DNA of 64,000 bases from NCBI RefSeq assembly GCF_009914755.1, contig NC_060925.1. The stretch is one strand, 5' to 3'. Made by a program: the position numbers and the translations under genes. Positions 12,572 to 26,040 of the stretch are shown one piece after another (the first letter of the stretch is position 1; each line of letters starts with the position of its first letter). The notes beneath the pieces are model-generated. The model was given only the letters and a program-made list of their open reading frames with translations. It had not been told where the DNA came from and searched no databases. This DNA is from the human T2T-CHM13v2.0 reference genome, Homo sapiens.

Positions 12572-14089
12572 TTTCAATGGTTGATGATAAAACAAAAATT
12601 CAAACTAGAACAGACTGTTTCTCAGACATTATATGTCAGTGATTTGTGATGGTTTTAAACACTTTATGCCTGTTTTTATTTGTTAGAGACCAATATGTGT
12701 CACCAATACAAGAGAGAAGCATCCCTCTTGATCCCAATCTCTTCTCTTATGGTGGTTACATTTAATGTATATGATAAAGTGATGAGATGTTTGCCTGTGG
12801 TTTATGGGCCCAGAGTAAGTTACTAACCTTATGTCTATTGGTTTATTTCACACAATGTATATTCCAACAGTGCTTAGCTTTTCCAGAAGAAAAGAACATC
12901 AAAGTTTTCCAAATTTACATACATATCAACCTAAGTATTCACACCTATTCATAAATACAGTCTTCAAATTATTAAGTTGAGATTATTTTCAAACTGATCT
13001 GTAAAACATACATTATTAATTAGAGGAAATATATCTTTATAAGAATAAAACACTTGTGGTTTACTAAATTACTAAGAATTAATTATAAACTGGTGGTATG
13101 TACCTCCCTCTCTATCCTTCTTTTTTACTAAATTGAAATAAATCAAAAAAAGAAAGCAGGTGGGTAGTTACAAAAATGTTTCATTAAAAAAAGCAGTAGG
13201 AACCACAGAGAATCTTATGGTTTTTGAGTAGAAAGTCTGATTCTGCAATGCTGACTGTTGCTAAGACTGAGGCTGTGCAGAATTTAAATATGATAGAAAC
13301 AGTGAGCTTGCAATATCTGTGCCCACTGAAATACAGAGAGCCCTAATTTGTTTTGCTTTTAATTATAATGACATTTTCTATTATTAATCACCAATTGGGA
13401 AGCAAGATGCTTTTTGTGATATGCTATTTTCAAGTCATAGTTTTTCTCCATTTGCTATGCACTTTATTTTTGTATACTGAGTTCATTAGGTTGCATTAGG
13501 CTCCTTATTAGAGAGAAAGACAAAGCTGGTCATTGTGCCCAAAGTGTCTATGTTTCAAAGATTACATAGATCATTATTTAAAACCATTTAAGTTTATGAG
13601 GAAAGAGAAACATTGTCCAGAGAATAAAGGCTACCTGCTTTGTACTTATTACTATTATTTTTATTAAGAGCAAATTATGTGTGCATGATTTCACATCTAT
13701 AAACAACAAAAAGCCAAAAACCAAGTACAAAGGAGTAGTTTAAACTTTGAATCCCGTTCTCAATAAGTTCTTGAAGAAACAGTACAAAATAGGCAGAACA
13801 GAAAGATGAAACCAGAAGTTAAGGCATTAAACTTTGTTTTTAATCAGCCATATGAATGGTAACTCAACTTTTTGCTAGGTGACCATCTCTCTTCATAAAT
13901 AGCAACTGTGATCATGATGACAATGTTCCAAACATAAGAAAATAAGAACATAATTAATCCTACAAAGTAGCCAAAATTCTGAAGTAAACATATTCCTTAG
14001 TATGACACTGAGGACATTTTCAGGGTAAGACATTGACCATGCTCTTTGGATTCCAGAAACGTAGGCATTCCATGGAGTTTTTCACACCC

Positions 14090-14370
14090 ACAGGCCTTTG
14101 TTCATGTTATTTCCACATGGTTCCATTGCTCAAATGTCTTTTCTAATTTCTATTCTCTGTAATCCTTTTCCAGTCCCCATAATCCAAACCAATCACTCAC
14201 TCTTCTGATCATACTTACTTTGTTTATGCTAATACCATAACAACTAAGTGTGTATGTCTCCTACATTAATTTGTTAGCATCTCAAAGAAAAGGACCAGGT
14301 GTTAGTCTTCTGTGTTCTTTCTAGCACCTAGCAGTGTATTGCAGTGTTCACAAATGTATACCAAATAGAA
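14090..14370 (+). mobile_element. L2 3' fragment
   Basis: ggcctttgttcatgttatttcc...tctagcacctagcagtg are typical L2 3' end motifs. Confidence 0.5.
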
Positions 14371-14396
14371 TAGAATTGAAAAGATATCATTATCCT

Positions 14397-14790
14397 GATG
14401 TTAATTTTATGTGTCAACTTGACTGGTCCAGAGGATGTCAAGATGTTTGGTTAAACATTACTCTGGGCGTCTGTGAGAGTGTTTCTAGGTGAAATTAACA
14501 TTTGAATTGATAGACCTAGTAAAGTAGATTGCCCTTCCCTTTGTGGTGGACTTCTCTAATCTATTGAAGGCCTATGTAGAACAAAAAGACTGAGTTAGAG
14601 AGAATTTGCTCTCTCTGCCTGGTAGTCTTCAAACTGGGACATTGGTCTTCTCTCGCCTTCAGATTTGGACTTGAGCTTGAACTGAACTTATGTCATTGGC
14701 TTGCCTGGTTCTCAGGCCTTTGGACTCAGACTGGAAATATATAGGTATATTCTATTGGTTCTTTTTCTCTGGAGAACCCAGAATAATACA
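14397..14790 (+). mobile_element. MLT2B-type (ERVL) solo LTR
   Basis: Starts tgatgttaattttatgtgtcaacttgactgg and ends tattggttctttttctctggagaacccagaataataca. Confidence 0.85.
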
Positions 14791-15588
14791 ATTATCAGCC
14801 ATTCATTTGGGCATATGAAAATTTACAACTCTTAATCTTATTTAAAGGCCCATTTTAAAATGAAATTTCTCTTCCCATTCTTTATGAACCTATAAACAAA
14901 CACTGTCTTCAAAGAAGAAATAAGAACTTCAGCAACCATAATTTAATTATTGCAAACAATTCTTTGGTCATGAAACAACAGCTTTGCAAAGTGGAACTAT
15001 TTCATGGTACCATTTTATGGAAGGACAACTTAACAGCTACACTGGGAAAAACAATTCAGCATAAAAGTGATAAAATCACCCGGTTTCACCTCTGCCAATG
15101 GCTCATGGTGTTTCTAAAACAAGGGGAAGGAAATAGCCCTAATTATGTCTTGTTCAATTGCATCATTTAAAGCATTAACCTGCTTTTAGCAAGGCTGTTT
15201 TTGATAATCTATCTTTACTAAGCAAATGTTGCTTTTCTGCCATCTTTTCCCTATGGAAAAAAAATTTAGATTATTTGCAAATCATTAACACTAGGGAATA
15301 TTAAAAAATAAAATATATTAACTTCAGTTTTCATGGGTTAAGAAAGAAAATGTTTGAGATAATAACTTATAAATAGGCACAGTAGGCCTGATTCTTCTAG
15401 AAGAGTATACATAGAAATGTGTATCTGACAACTCCAGTGTTATCAAACATGTATATTTGGAAATAGCATTTACTATAGTGTACTCTCTGTCCTTCACCAA
15501 GCCAGTGACATACAGTGTATTCATGGCTCTGAGAGGAGATAGAGTAATAAAACATACTTGGTTTTATTTTATGGGCGATGGATTTTGT

Positions 15589-15805
15589 GTGACTTCGATG
15601 TACCAGTGTAAGTTCATTGATTGGGTGACTCTGATGTACCAAGGTAAGTTCATACGGTGTAACAAATGTATCACTCTGTTGTGGGCTATTGATAGTGGAA
15701 CAGGCTGTGCACATGTAGGGAGAGGGGTATATGGAAACTACTTTCTACTCAATTTTGCTGTGAACCTAAAACTGCTCTAAAAATTAAAGTCTATTTAAAA
15801 CAAAA
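15589..15805 (+). mobile_element. L1MC-type 3' end with an internal 36-bp tandem duplication
   Basis: gtaacaaatgtatcactctg...ctcaattttgctgtgaacctaaaactgctctaaaaattaaagtcta. The unit gtgact..gatgtacca..gtaagttcat occurs at 15589 and 15625. Confidence 0.75.
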
Positions 15806-16639
15806 GTAGGGGAAATAATCTACACATGAAATCCCTAAAGATAATTATGGTGCCTCATTGTATACTAGACTTTCTAGAAGGTTGTATCAACTCTGCTTTC
15901 TCTGTACAAGTGCTCTCAAGGAACAAGGGGACACCCCTAGGTGCGTTCACTGAGGAACACACATGCAGGAGCCAAATGACTTCACACTCCTCAGTCAGAG
16001 AGGGCTAACATGAATTATAGTCAAAAGAAAGACAGGCACAGAACTGAACCTATCCCTGAAACTGGCTTCTCCCAAATATCTTTTCAAAATATCACCTTTC
16101 TTTTCTTTAATATTTTTCTTTGCCTATTTCTCTCAAATCCTGAAAAGGAGAAGGGAAGACAGTAGGCCCAATAAAGTGCAAATGGGAAGAAAGGGTGGTT
16201 AAAAACGATGACAGGTGTAACTGAAATCTGGAATGCTGTTAAATTTTTAACTCTCTCTCCTAATTATAGCCCTCCTGACACTTTCTGTTTCTGAGCTCCA
16301 TCAGTGAATGGTGGAAATGACCTCAATACATTTCATTAACTAGATCTCAGATTTTTTTTTTCTTCTTCAATCACTTAAGCAAAGCAACTCTCAAGCCTGA
16401 CTGTCCTGTAAAAGGTGAGGTCTCCTTCTTGAAGCTGAATCACTCCCTTGGGGTTTGAGGGTCATTTACCTTTGGTTAGTACAGCAGATGGAATGTTGTA
16501 TGCTTGGCTCAGGGCTTCTGGCTGAGTGCCCTGGACTGTGAGGACAGTTGCTTAACTCAGAAGGTGGCTTCAGATTCCCCCTACCATCTTTCCAGGGCTC
16601 CCAGCTACTTGAGAAAGCTATAAATTACTGTTGTTAAAA

Positions 16640-17774
16640 TGTTATACAAGAAACTAAAATATCTCAACAGCGTAAAAACCCAAGCCATTCAATTATTAAT
16701 TAAAAAGGCAAATGATTTAAATAGATATTTTTCAAAAGAAGACATACAAATGACCAATAGTATATGAAAAAAAGTTCAGTATCACTAATCATCAGGGAAA
16801 TGCAAATCAAAACCACACTGAGATCTCCTCCCACTCCAGTTAGACAAAAAATAACAAATGCTGGTAAGGATGCCTATAAAGCGGAACCCTTATATGCTGT
16901 TGATGGGAATGTAAATTGGTACATTTGCTATGGAAAACAATGTGTATGTTTCTTAAAAACCTAAAAATGGAATTACCATGTGATCCAACAATCTACTACT
17001 GGGTATATATCCAAAGGAAAGGATATCAGTATGTAGAAGAGATATTTACACTCTCATGTTTGTTGCAGCACGATTCACTATAGCCAAGATATGGAATCAA
17101 TCTAAGTGTCCTCAACAGATGAATGAATAAAGACAATACACAATGAAATACTAATTTATATATACATATATATGTGTGTATATATATACAGACACAAAAT
17201 GAACATATATACACATTGCATATATATACTACATTATATTATATGTAGTATACAATGTATATACAATGGAACACCATTTAGCCATAAAAAATTAAATCAA
17301 ATCATTCAAGGCAACATGAATGAATCTAAAGGATATTATGTTAAGTGAAATAAGTCAAGCACAGAAAGATCAATACTGCATGTTTTCCCTCATATATGGA
17401 AGCTAAAAAAGTTGATCTAATAAAAGTGGAGTATAGCATTGCATTTACTAGAGGCTGGAAAGGGTAGGAGGGAGAGGAGATAGGGAGAGGTTGGTTGACA
17501 GGTACAAAATTACAGCGTAAACAGGAAGAATAAGTTATAGTGTTCTACAGCACTGTGAGGTGACTAAAGTTAACAACATTTTATCGTATATTTTCAAATG
17601 TCTAGATGGGAGAATTGTGAATGCTTCCAACACAAATAAATCATAAATTTTTTAGGCAATGGATTTGCTAATTACCATGATTTGATCATTAGACAATGTA
17701 CACATGTATCAAAATATCACACTATACCCCCCAAAATAGTACATTTCTTATGTGCCAGTTAACATAATAAAAAT
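16640..17774 (+). mobile_element. L1MA-type ORF2 end plus 3' UTR, with an internal TA-rich expansion (~17155-17262)
   Basis: aaagaagacatacaaatg, gaaatgcaaatcaaaaccaca, ctactactgggtatatatccaaagg, aagtgaaataagtcaagcacagaaaga, and the L1MA 3' UTR motif gtacaaaattacag. Confidence 0.9.
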
Positions 17775-17782
17775 GTAGGTAC

Positions 17783-18090
17783 GGCCAGGCGCAGCGGCTC
17801 ATGCCTGTAATCCCAGTACTTTGGGAGGCTGAGGCGGGTGGATCACCTGAGGTCAGGAGTTTGAAACCAGCCTGGCCAGCATAGGGAAACCCCATGTCTA
17901 CTAAAAATACAAAAGTTAGTCAGGCATTGTGGTGCATGCTTGTAGTCCCAGCTACTCAGGAGGCTGAGGCAGAAGAATCGCTTGAACCTGGGAGGCAGAG
18001 GTTGCAGCAAGCTGAGATTGAGCCACTGCACTCCAGCCTGGGCCACAGAGCAAGACTTCATCTCAAAATAAATAAATAAATAAATAAAAA
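17783..18090 (+). mobile_element. AluS (Sx/Sz-like)
   Basis: Full dimer with ggatcacctgaggtcaggagttt, a (TAAA)n tail and TSD aaaa(t)gtaggtac. Confidence 0.95.
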
Positions 18091-18374
18091 GTAGGTACAG
18101 AATTCCAGATCAGATGTGTGCCCCAAGAAGTGATTTAAATAATAAATTATTGTTTCATTTCTGCAACATAGAAATGAGGAGCCAGTTTCTTAGAAAAATG
18201 AATAAGAAAAAGACTTCATTGTATGAACATTTATTTCTTGGGCTTTTATTATAGTTACATTGTAGCACTTGTGTTAAAACTCATACATTTATCAAATAAC
18301 CTAATGGTCCATATAGAGCATAATGAATGCTTCACAAATTATCAAAATTCTCTTGGATAGATGAGGTGTCTACA

Positions 18375-18575
18375 TTTACTGAGTGTTTTATTTTTATTTT
18401 TACTTTTTGTATGCCAAGGTTTGTGCTAGGTTGCTTGCAATGTATTATCACACTTACTCATCACAGCTGTCCTAATGCTAACCTCTCTTTTGAACAAATA
18501 AAAAGTTGGAGACTTAGAAATGAGAAGAGTTTGCCCAAGTTTACACAGTTAATAAAAGACAAAATCGGGATATGA
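18375..18575 (-). mobile_element. MIR fragment
   Basis: gagacttagaaatgagaagagtttgcccaagtttacacag is an antisense MIR core. Confidence 0.55.
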
Positions 18576-18759
18576 GAGCACTTGCTGTTTCTTATTACCA
18601 CACTATTGACAGAAAATTGCAAAATGGCAGAATTTGAAACTGAGTCTCCTGCCCCTGAGTGTGTGTTCTTTTAATTATGATTCACACATTCCTATAAGCG
18701 CCTGAATTTTTCTCATGGAGTTAAGAATTGGCAGTGAACAACAAAATGTACTGAAAAAT

Positions 18760-19000
18760 TCATGGGCTTTTGAGTAAGAATCCCCTGAGTCTAAATCTCA
18801 ACAAAGCCATTTATGAGGGGTATTATTTGGGGCAAATTATTTAATCTCTCTAAGCATTCATTTCTATCTCTGTAAACCAATAATATACATTTCATAGGTA
18901 AAAATGGAAATAAAATGTATAGCATGTATTTGATATTGTGAAAAAATGCACATAACATCCATAGCATGATATTTGGCACTTAACTGTTGATACTCGATTA
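18760..19000 (+). mobile_element. MIR fragment
   Basis: ttggggcaaattatttaatctctctaagcattcatttctatctctgtaaa is a MIR core. Confidence 0.6.
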
Positions 19001-19683
19001 TATAATAGACAGTTAAGTTTTTTCAAAATTATTCTAATATTGGCATAATACAAAAATATTTTGAAAATATATATTTGCCTGAGTCTATTGAGGCAAGTTG
19101 GGGTCCAGGAGCCTACAGGATAGGGGGGTGATTTAAAAGCGAAGATAATAAAAAGAAAAAGAAAATTAGTTTCTAAAATGCAAAAAGGAGGTGGAGGAAT
19201 GTAATAGCATTACAAGACAGGCTAATGTCTTGAGATAAAATTATCCAAATATGTCCTTCCTCCCTACCCTCTTTCTCTTTCACATAATAAGGACTAAACT
19301 ACCACTAACATGGATGGAGTATATCCCTCCATGTCTCCATGCCTATTACAGCAGCCAAGCACTACCCAATAATGAGATAGTAAGAGAACCCAGAGAAGAG
19401 ATGGTATATTACATAAGTGGGGAAACACCAAGGGCAAAGGTAATCCTCTAGTACCTCCTCTCCCAGTCCCAGTCTAGACAGAGGGAGTTACAATCCAGAT
19501 TTTGAACACTTGTGCTCCTTGATTTTCCTTCCCCTATCCCTAGGCCCTGAAAGTTCACAATCTTAATTTATATTTTTTGGTGTTTTGTTTCTGTTTTGCT
19601 TTGTTTTGTATCTGACGTTCTCTACTTGCACAAACTTTGCCACCATGTTTAAATGACTTTGCATAGGGTTGGTAGTTCCTTCC

Positions 19684-19815
19684 AAGGAAGGAAGGGAGGG
19701 AGGGAGGAAGGAAGGAAGGAAGGAAGGAAGGAAGAAGGAAGGAAGGAAGGAAGGAAGGAAGGAAGGAAGGAAGAAGGAAGGAAGGAAGGAAGGAAGGAAG
19801 GAAGGAAGGAAGGAA
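19684..19815 (+). repeat. (GGAA)n microsatellite
   Basis: Uninterrupted GGAA runs of 7, 9 and 10 units separated by GAA, preceded by a few GGGA units. Confidence 0.97.
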
Positions 19816-20159
19816 AAATTATCACAGCAAGCAGTAGGGGACCTGAGGTCTGAGAGTAAGATCTTATTAGTCATAGACAAAATTTAAAAAATACTTTTCT
19901 TAGTGTGATTAAGTATGAGTAAATTTGCAACTCTGTATAAGAATCTGTTCTCACTCTCAATTCTCTAATTCATATTTTGAATATCATTGAAATAAACTTT
20001 ACATTTCAATAAAAATACTCAATTTAGGTAGTAAGAAGCATTTTGATTGGTGTTAGATGATGACTTGAAATAAGTAAACTGACTGGATTATATTAATATT
20101 TTAATTAATATTTTTCCTCTCTGAATATTTTTCTTTCCTTTCTCTTCCTTCTCTTTCAG

Positions 20160-20222
20160 CATGAAATCAGCTCTGTGCTGAATGCCTCAGGGAAGGAATG
20201 TGGCAGAGAACAGAAAACAAAA
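20160..20222 (+). other. Candidate internal exon (63 nt)
   Basis: ~30-nt pure pyrimidine tract ending ctctttcAG; donor aaa|GTAAGC. Confidence 0.4.
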
Positions 20223-21158
20223 GTAAGCAGCCATGGCTGTATTCATTTTCTAATTAATTCACTCATTTACTCTTTCAGTATATAGCACTGCTGAGAGAAT
20301 TCCAAAATGGTAGCTTTTTTCCTCCTAAAATATGTCATGTCAGCTCATAACTTACCCTTATATTCATTTATTTAATAAACAAATATTTGTGTGTGTGCTC
20401 TTAGCATGTATCAGAGTATTCTGGATGCCGGCTGCCAAAGGTAAAATGGCAAGAAGACAAAGACCCTTTTCATGTGGAAGTAGAGGGCAGATAATTTTAA
20501 AAAGCAAGGAATTGCCTTGATGTATTTTCTATGCCCAAACTAAACTCCAGAGAGGAGAAGAAACATTGCGATGTAAACACACAAAAACAGAGAGACCTGA
20601 AAGGAAAAGGATTTTCCTCAGAGAATTATCTCCCCTCAGATTAAGAGAAGAAGGCAATGATGAGAGACCTGTGGTTTCCTGCCGGGGCTGAAGGTACCTC
20701 CCCTCCATTTCCTAGGAAAGTACAGCAAAAGGAGAAAATGGCTTCACACTGCTTCTGGGCGAAGAGAACATATGCCCTCTCTCCCAAGATTTGCCCACCA
20801 ACCATGCTTGGCACTGAGGCATCAGAGAGAACTAAGGGACTTGTAAAGGCCACATAGGCCAGGATGACAGCTGTCTCAGCAGCTACAGGCATGGACTCAC
20901 AGCCAACAACCAAATGGGCCATCCCCAACTCCTTGGCATTAAGACCTTAATATCATAGTGAAATCCTAACTAGAGAAATGTCAGTAAGGATTGGGGCTTG
21001 GGAGTTCAGGTATTTTTTTCCCAGCAGTCTAGTGGAATTTGTTCTGGAGTCAGAAATTAGATAGCTTATAAAAATTAAGTAATATATCATAATTTTTAAT
21101 TTCATAGACTGAGATATCTATTACACCAGTACGGTGCTTGGGTAATCTATCGTGGCAT

Positions 21159-21345
21159 CTTTCTTTTTTTAATTTTGCATTTTTTAATGTTTGTATTTCA
21201 GATGGTGTTTCGCTCTGCTACCCAGGCTGAAGTGCAGTGGTGTCATTATTTCTCACTGCAGCCTCAAACTTCTGGCCTCCAGCGATCCTCCTACCTCAGT
21301 CTCCAGAGTAAGCAGAATTATCAGTGTGAGCCACTATGCCTGGCT
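21159..21345 (-). mobile_element. Alu monomer (FAM/FRAM/AluJ-derived)
   Basis: tcgctctgctacccaggctgaagtgcagtgg...ctcactgcagcctcaaac...gtgagccactatgcctggct. Confidence 0.85.
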
Positions 21346-21414
21346 CTGTCTTGACACTTTTGTATTTTTCAACGCCACATTGAAGCAGCTGTCAAGTCCT
21401 GTCTCTTCCTGCAC

Positions 21415-21418
<4 letters not shown>

Positions 21419-21455
<37 letters not shown>
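21419..21455 (+). repeat. (TG)18 microsatellite
   Basis: Pure TG run. Confidence 0.97.
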
Positions 21456-21458
<3 letters not shown>

Positions 21459-21479
21459 TATATTTCTCAAAAGTATTGC

Positions 21480-22143
21480 TGCCTATCTTAATTACTGTTT
21501 CCTTGGCTCATCTCTCCAAATTGCTACCCTAACCAAATGTCCCTGCTTCCAGTTTTATTATCTTTCAATCAATGCAATACCCAGTGCATTTTATTTAAAA
21601 TCTGTATCTCACAATGTCTCTTATCTGTTTCATACCCTTTGGTGGTATCTATCTGTCACAGTTAAAAACATGACCCACAAGCCCTTCCAGGAACTGGTTT
21701 TTCTCTTCTCCAGTCTTCAGCCTTAGCTCCCTCTACATCTTTCAGTTTGGTTTCTGATCCAGCAACATAGCCACATATTTTTTTCCCAGTTTTAGATCCT
21801 TTGCTCATGTTGTTCCCTCTGCTTGGAATTACCCTCACTTTGCACTCACTTTGCCTTTGTAACTTCCACTTATGCTTTAATGTTCAATTCAGGCATCCTT
21901 TCCATCAAGATAGTCTCTGATTTTGCTTTAGTCTACTTCCTGTAGTACCACTGTAATTTATGTAATAATTACACATAACTCCATTTTATATTCTGTGGAC
22001 ATCTAATTATGTATCTGTCTCTGCCCACAAACTGTGAGCTCTTTGAAGGCAGGAGCCATGATCACCAATCTTTAAGTCTCTATTACCTACAACAATTTCT
22101 GGCCTAAATAGGCATTCGATTCATGTTTGTTGAACTGAATAAA
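21480..22143 (+). mobile_element. L2 3' region
   Basis: cctttgctcatgttgttccctctgcttggaat, actgtgagctctttgaaggcagg, and terminal tgtttgttgaactgaat. Confidence 0.75.
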
Positions 22144-22429
22144 ATTATCTAAACAGAAATCTGGCAACACTTCAGGGATCTTTCATCAGGAATCTAATTT
22201 TAGAGAATCCAGATGTTTCCAGGCAAGCAAATTAATGTGCCAGTAATTCTTCAGGGTCCATCAATGTATACGTTGTCTGATGAGTTTAAGGACTGATCAG
22301 ATGCTGTTTCACAGACGTGAATGTCTAGAGCTGTTCCTGAGGTAAGACACTTTAATTATGTGGATGTGCCCTTTAGATTTGTATTCAGTGCTATCGTCAT
22401 GATTACCAGAGCAATCATGACCATAATAA

Positions 22430-22660
22430 TAGCAAGAGTCCCTTGCATTTATATAGTAGCTCATAGTATGTAAAGCATTTTCTTACACATCACAGCTTTA
22501 AAAGATAAACAGGGTAGGCATTATTATCTCCACTTCAGAGATGAGATAACTGAGGTTTAGAGAGAGTAAGCATGTGGTCTAAGACCTCAAGCCTATTAAA
22601 CTGCAGAGCCAGAACTGAACTGACTTGTTAATCTTTGATTCATGCTGTCTGCTTAAATTC
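22430..22660 (-). mobile_element. MIR
   Basis: gtaggcattattatctccacttcagagatgagataactgaggtttagagag. Confidence 0.7.
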
Positions 22661-23420
22661 ATGTCAACGATCATGTTTTCTAGAGGAAATAGGAATTGCC
22701 TATCTAAGCTCACTTCTTTTCATTTCAAACCTAGATGCAGGATGTGCCTAAAGAGAAAGAGAAAGAGAGGCATGATTTCTGCTACATGTCATTACTTTGG
22801 GTTCTTCAAATAAATCAATTAAATGTAAGCAAACTTCTAGTAAATAAATGAGTAACTATAATTGCTATGGAACATCTAAAGGTAATGTAATGGATAACTA
22901 ATTGTTTTCAACGTGAGTGTAGGATTGGCACACAAAATTGGCAGAAACAAGGCAGCGTCTTTTGGGGACTTCTTGATCTCATTTATTTTTCTGTCTCTTC
23001 TCCCTAACTCACCACTATACATGATAAACTTAAAGCAACTAATCTCTCAATAACTGTTCTGCACTCATGTCTTATTTCCTGTCCTACCTGTCAAGTGCCA
23101 TAGAGTAGCATTAATATCTTATTCAGTCTTATTAATTCATTTAATAAGCATGAATTAAATGTCAATTGCGTGCCAAGATTCTGATATACTCGAACGTTAC
23201 CAAGATGAATGAGACCAAGCTAGCCTCAGCTCTCGTGTGGAGTATGCAATCCAGTGGGGGAAGATAGGTGACAATGAAAGCAACATTCCTGTGGGTTTCA
23301 GAAGTATGTGGTAGCACAGTGATAGCCCCCAAAAATGAATAAACCATTTAGCTTGGAGGATTCTAGTGAGACATCAGAGAAGATGCATACAACCTTTGAG
23401 CTTCAGTTTTATCATAAAAC

Positions 23421-23464
23421 TAGTAGATGGTCAATAAATGGCACATAGTAGATGGTCAATAAAT
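23421..23464. repeat. Direct repeat, 19 bp at 25-bp period
   Basis: tagtagatggtcaataaat occurs at 23421 and 23446. Confidence 0.9.
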
Positions 23465-23990
23465 ATTTGCTGGTTGATTAAGACACAATCTGGTACAAGT
23501 TATTACAACCCTGCTAAATTCAAATCACTATAGTATACTCCCTCTTAGAAACATTAGCCTTATAACTTCATCTGAGTTTGTGGAATTAAAAGTTTCTCTC
23601 TGTATTATAGAAACTTCAAGCATCCGCAAAAGACTGGGCAAGACATCCTTCCAGCTATATTTGACAATCACCTCCCTTGCCTATGAGCAAGGTAGTAAGC
23701 TTTTTCTCACAAGCTGTTCACTCTGAATGAAGAATTTGTTCTTTTTCGGGGGACTGAGTGTCTCTTACATGAGAGAGGTTTGTTTCTTCCTGCCCAATTT
23801 GAGTTTTTGTGTTCTAACATTAAAACATAGTGAGTGAAGATTCTTTTCATCCACCCATTTCTAAGTCAGATGAGTCAATGTGAGATGGCAAAAGAAATGA
23901 TGATCACTTAAGAGACCCTGTGATCTCTTAGAGTTGACCACAGAATTAAATATGGCTTCTTCAGGTAAAAGTCAGTAAACCAAATTAACT

Positions 23991-24055
23991 GTCACCTATT
24001 ATACTTTTCCTCCTTTGCTGGCACGTCACCTATTATATTTTTTCTCCTTTGCTGG
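23991..24055. repeat. Tandem duplication, 34-bp period
   Basis: gtcacctattata(c/t)tttt(c/t)ctcctttgctgg occurs at 23991 and 24025. Confidence 0.92.
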
Positions 24056-24840
24056 TATTCCTTTTGAAGTGAAAGTCAATAAACCAGAATAACCATCACC
24101 AATTATGTATTTCCCCCTTCACTGGTAAGGCAAATCTTTCTTTGTAAATTTTTTAAAAGATAATAGGAAAACAAATGGAATTCTAATGTTTTAAAGTTTT
24201 GTGTTTCCCAAAATTCAATCAAAAATTTTGACAACATACATTTGTGGTTCCAGGAAATTCAAATAAAAATAGCTTTTGAAGACTTAAAAAAAATCCCCAA
24301 TGGATAAATATAAAAGTTTAATGGCACTATAGTCTTCTGGAGCAAATGTGAAATACTTTCTGCCCTTTGGGTTTATTTCTTTTGCACAATTTCTATTTTA
24401 AAAATTTTCTACTGGCACTGACTCTAGAGCTGTACACTGGCTTTCTAGTATAAGTAAGTCTGCAAGCCTGGCTTACGTACAAACACTGTACTGGATGCTT
24501 AAACAAGAAAATTAAATAAACCCCTAATTCATCACTTTCCTTCATCCTCCCTTTCACCTGTCACCCTACCTCCACCCCAAGTTTCACAGCCTAAACAGAA
24601 GAGATCAAAAGACTGAAATATTAGTGATATTTTGGAAGGAAGAATAGATGGAATCCAGATGGATGGAAACCTTTATCTGATTCTTGCACACATGGCCACA
24701 GGTAACTACTGCATTACTTTCTGTCAATCGTTTCTCTGTTCTTTTAGTTTGATGATGACTTCTGCTAAAATATCTTGCCAAAAATAGAAAAATTTCTTGT
24801 AAAGTAATTAATACAGTATTTATATAGAAAAAGCTTCATG

Positions 24841-25235
<395 letters not shown>

Positions 25236-25899
25236 CTAAGCCAATGAGGTAAAGAGGAGGCAAAATAGCACTGCTATTTTCAATTTTTGTCTAGGTCAGG
25301 TGAAAGCTGAAATGATTTTTTCAAAATCAAAATGCAAGTCAGTGATGTGACAGATAGTATGGCCAGGTGTTTCTTTGGTATGTGAATAAACATTTAGCCA
25401 ATATTATTGTTCTATAATGGGAAAATTCAGAAACAAACTGTTCTTTCATCATTTAAGTAAAGATGCTTGTTTAGCACACATTTATTTTCAAGAAATTCTC
25501 TTGACAAAATATAAAAGTTCAATGATTTAGAGTAGCAGTCATCAAAATAGCCACATAACACAGTGGAAATAATGATGAATAACAAAAAAGATCGAGATTT
25601 TAATCCTAGATTTGCCACTGTTAACTCATGGTCTAACAAAAAGATTACATTTTCATTTAAAAAAGCAAACACACAAAAAATAACCAAAAAAAAAAAAAAC
25701 CCCATGAGTATAGTTATAACTTCCATGAAAGTCTCACTGGATTTTCATGAGATGCTAGATTCATTATCCGTAAATGATGTGTGGAGTTATATACACTCTC
25801 TCTATATATTTATACTTTATAGATAATGGATTATATATCTAAATTGATTTCTAACACTTAAGACTGATATAACAGAAATGGGAAATATCATTCACAAAA

Positions 25900-26040
25900 A
25901 TGATAGTTAAGACTTATTGAACTCATACTATATGCCAAGTATTAAGGACTTTATATCTGATACTTACTATTCCTTAGGACAACCCCAGGAGGCAGGTTCT
26001 GTATGATTCTCATTAACAGATGAGGAAACTGATATTAACA
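25900..26040 (-). mobile_element. MIR
   Basis: actatatgccaag...acaaccccaggaggcagg...acagatgaggaaactga. Confidence 0.7.

Noticed and set aside
22273-22346. C/D-box snoRNA-like layout (TGATGA...CTGA...CTGA)
   Set aside because: The C box lacks its leading purine, the terminal stem relies on two G-U pairs, and I recognise no rRNA/snRNA guide. snoscan or an Rfam cmscan hit would be needed.
23421-24055. Short direct repeats as a CRISPR-like array
   Set aside because: Only two copies each, no unique spacers, and a eukaryotic context. These are ordinary slippage duplications (also seen at 4348-4376 and 50050-50075).
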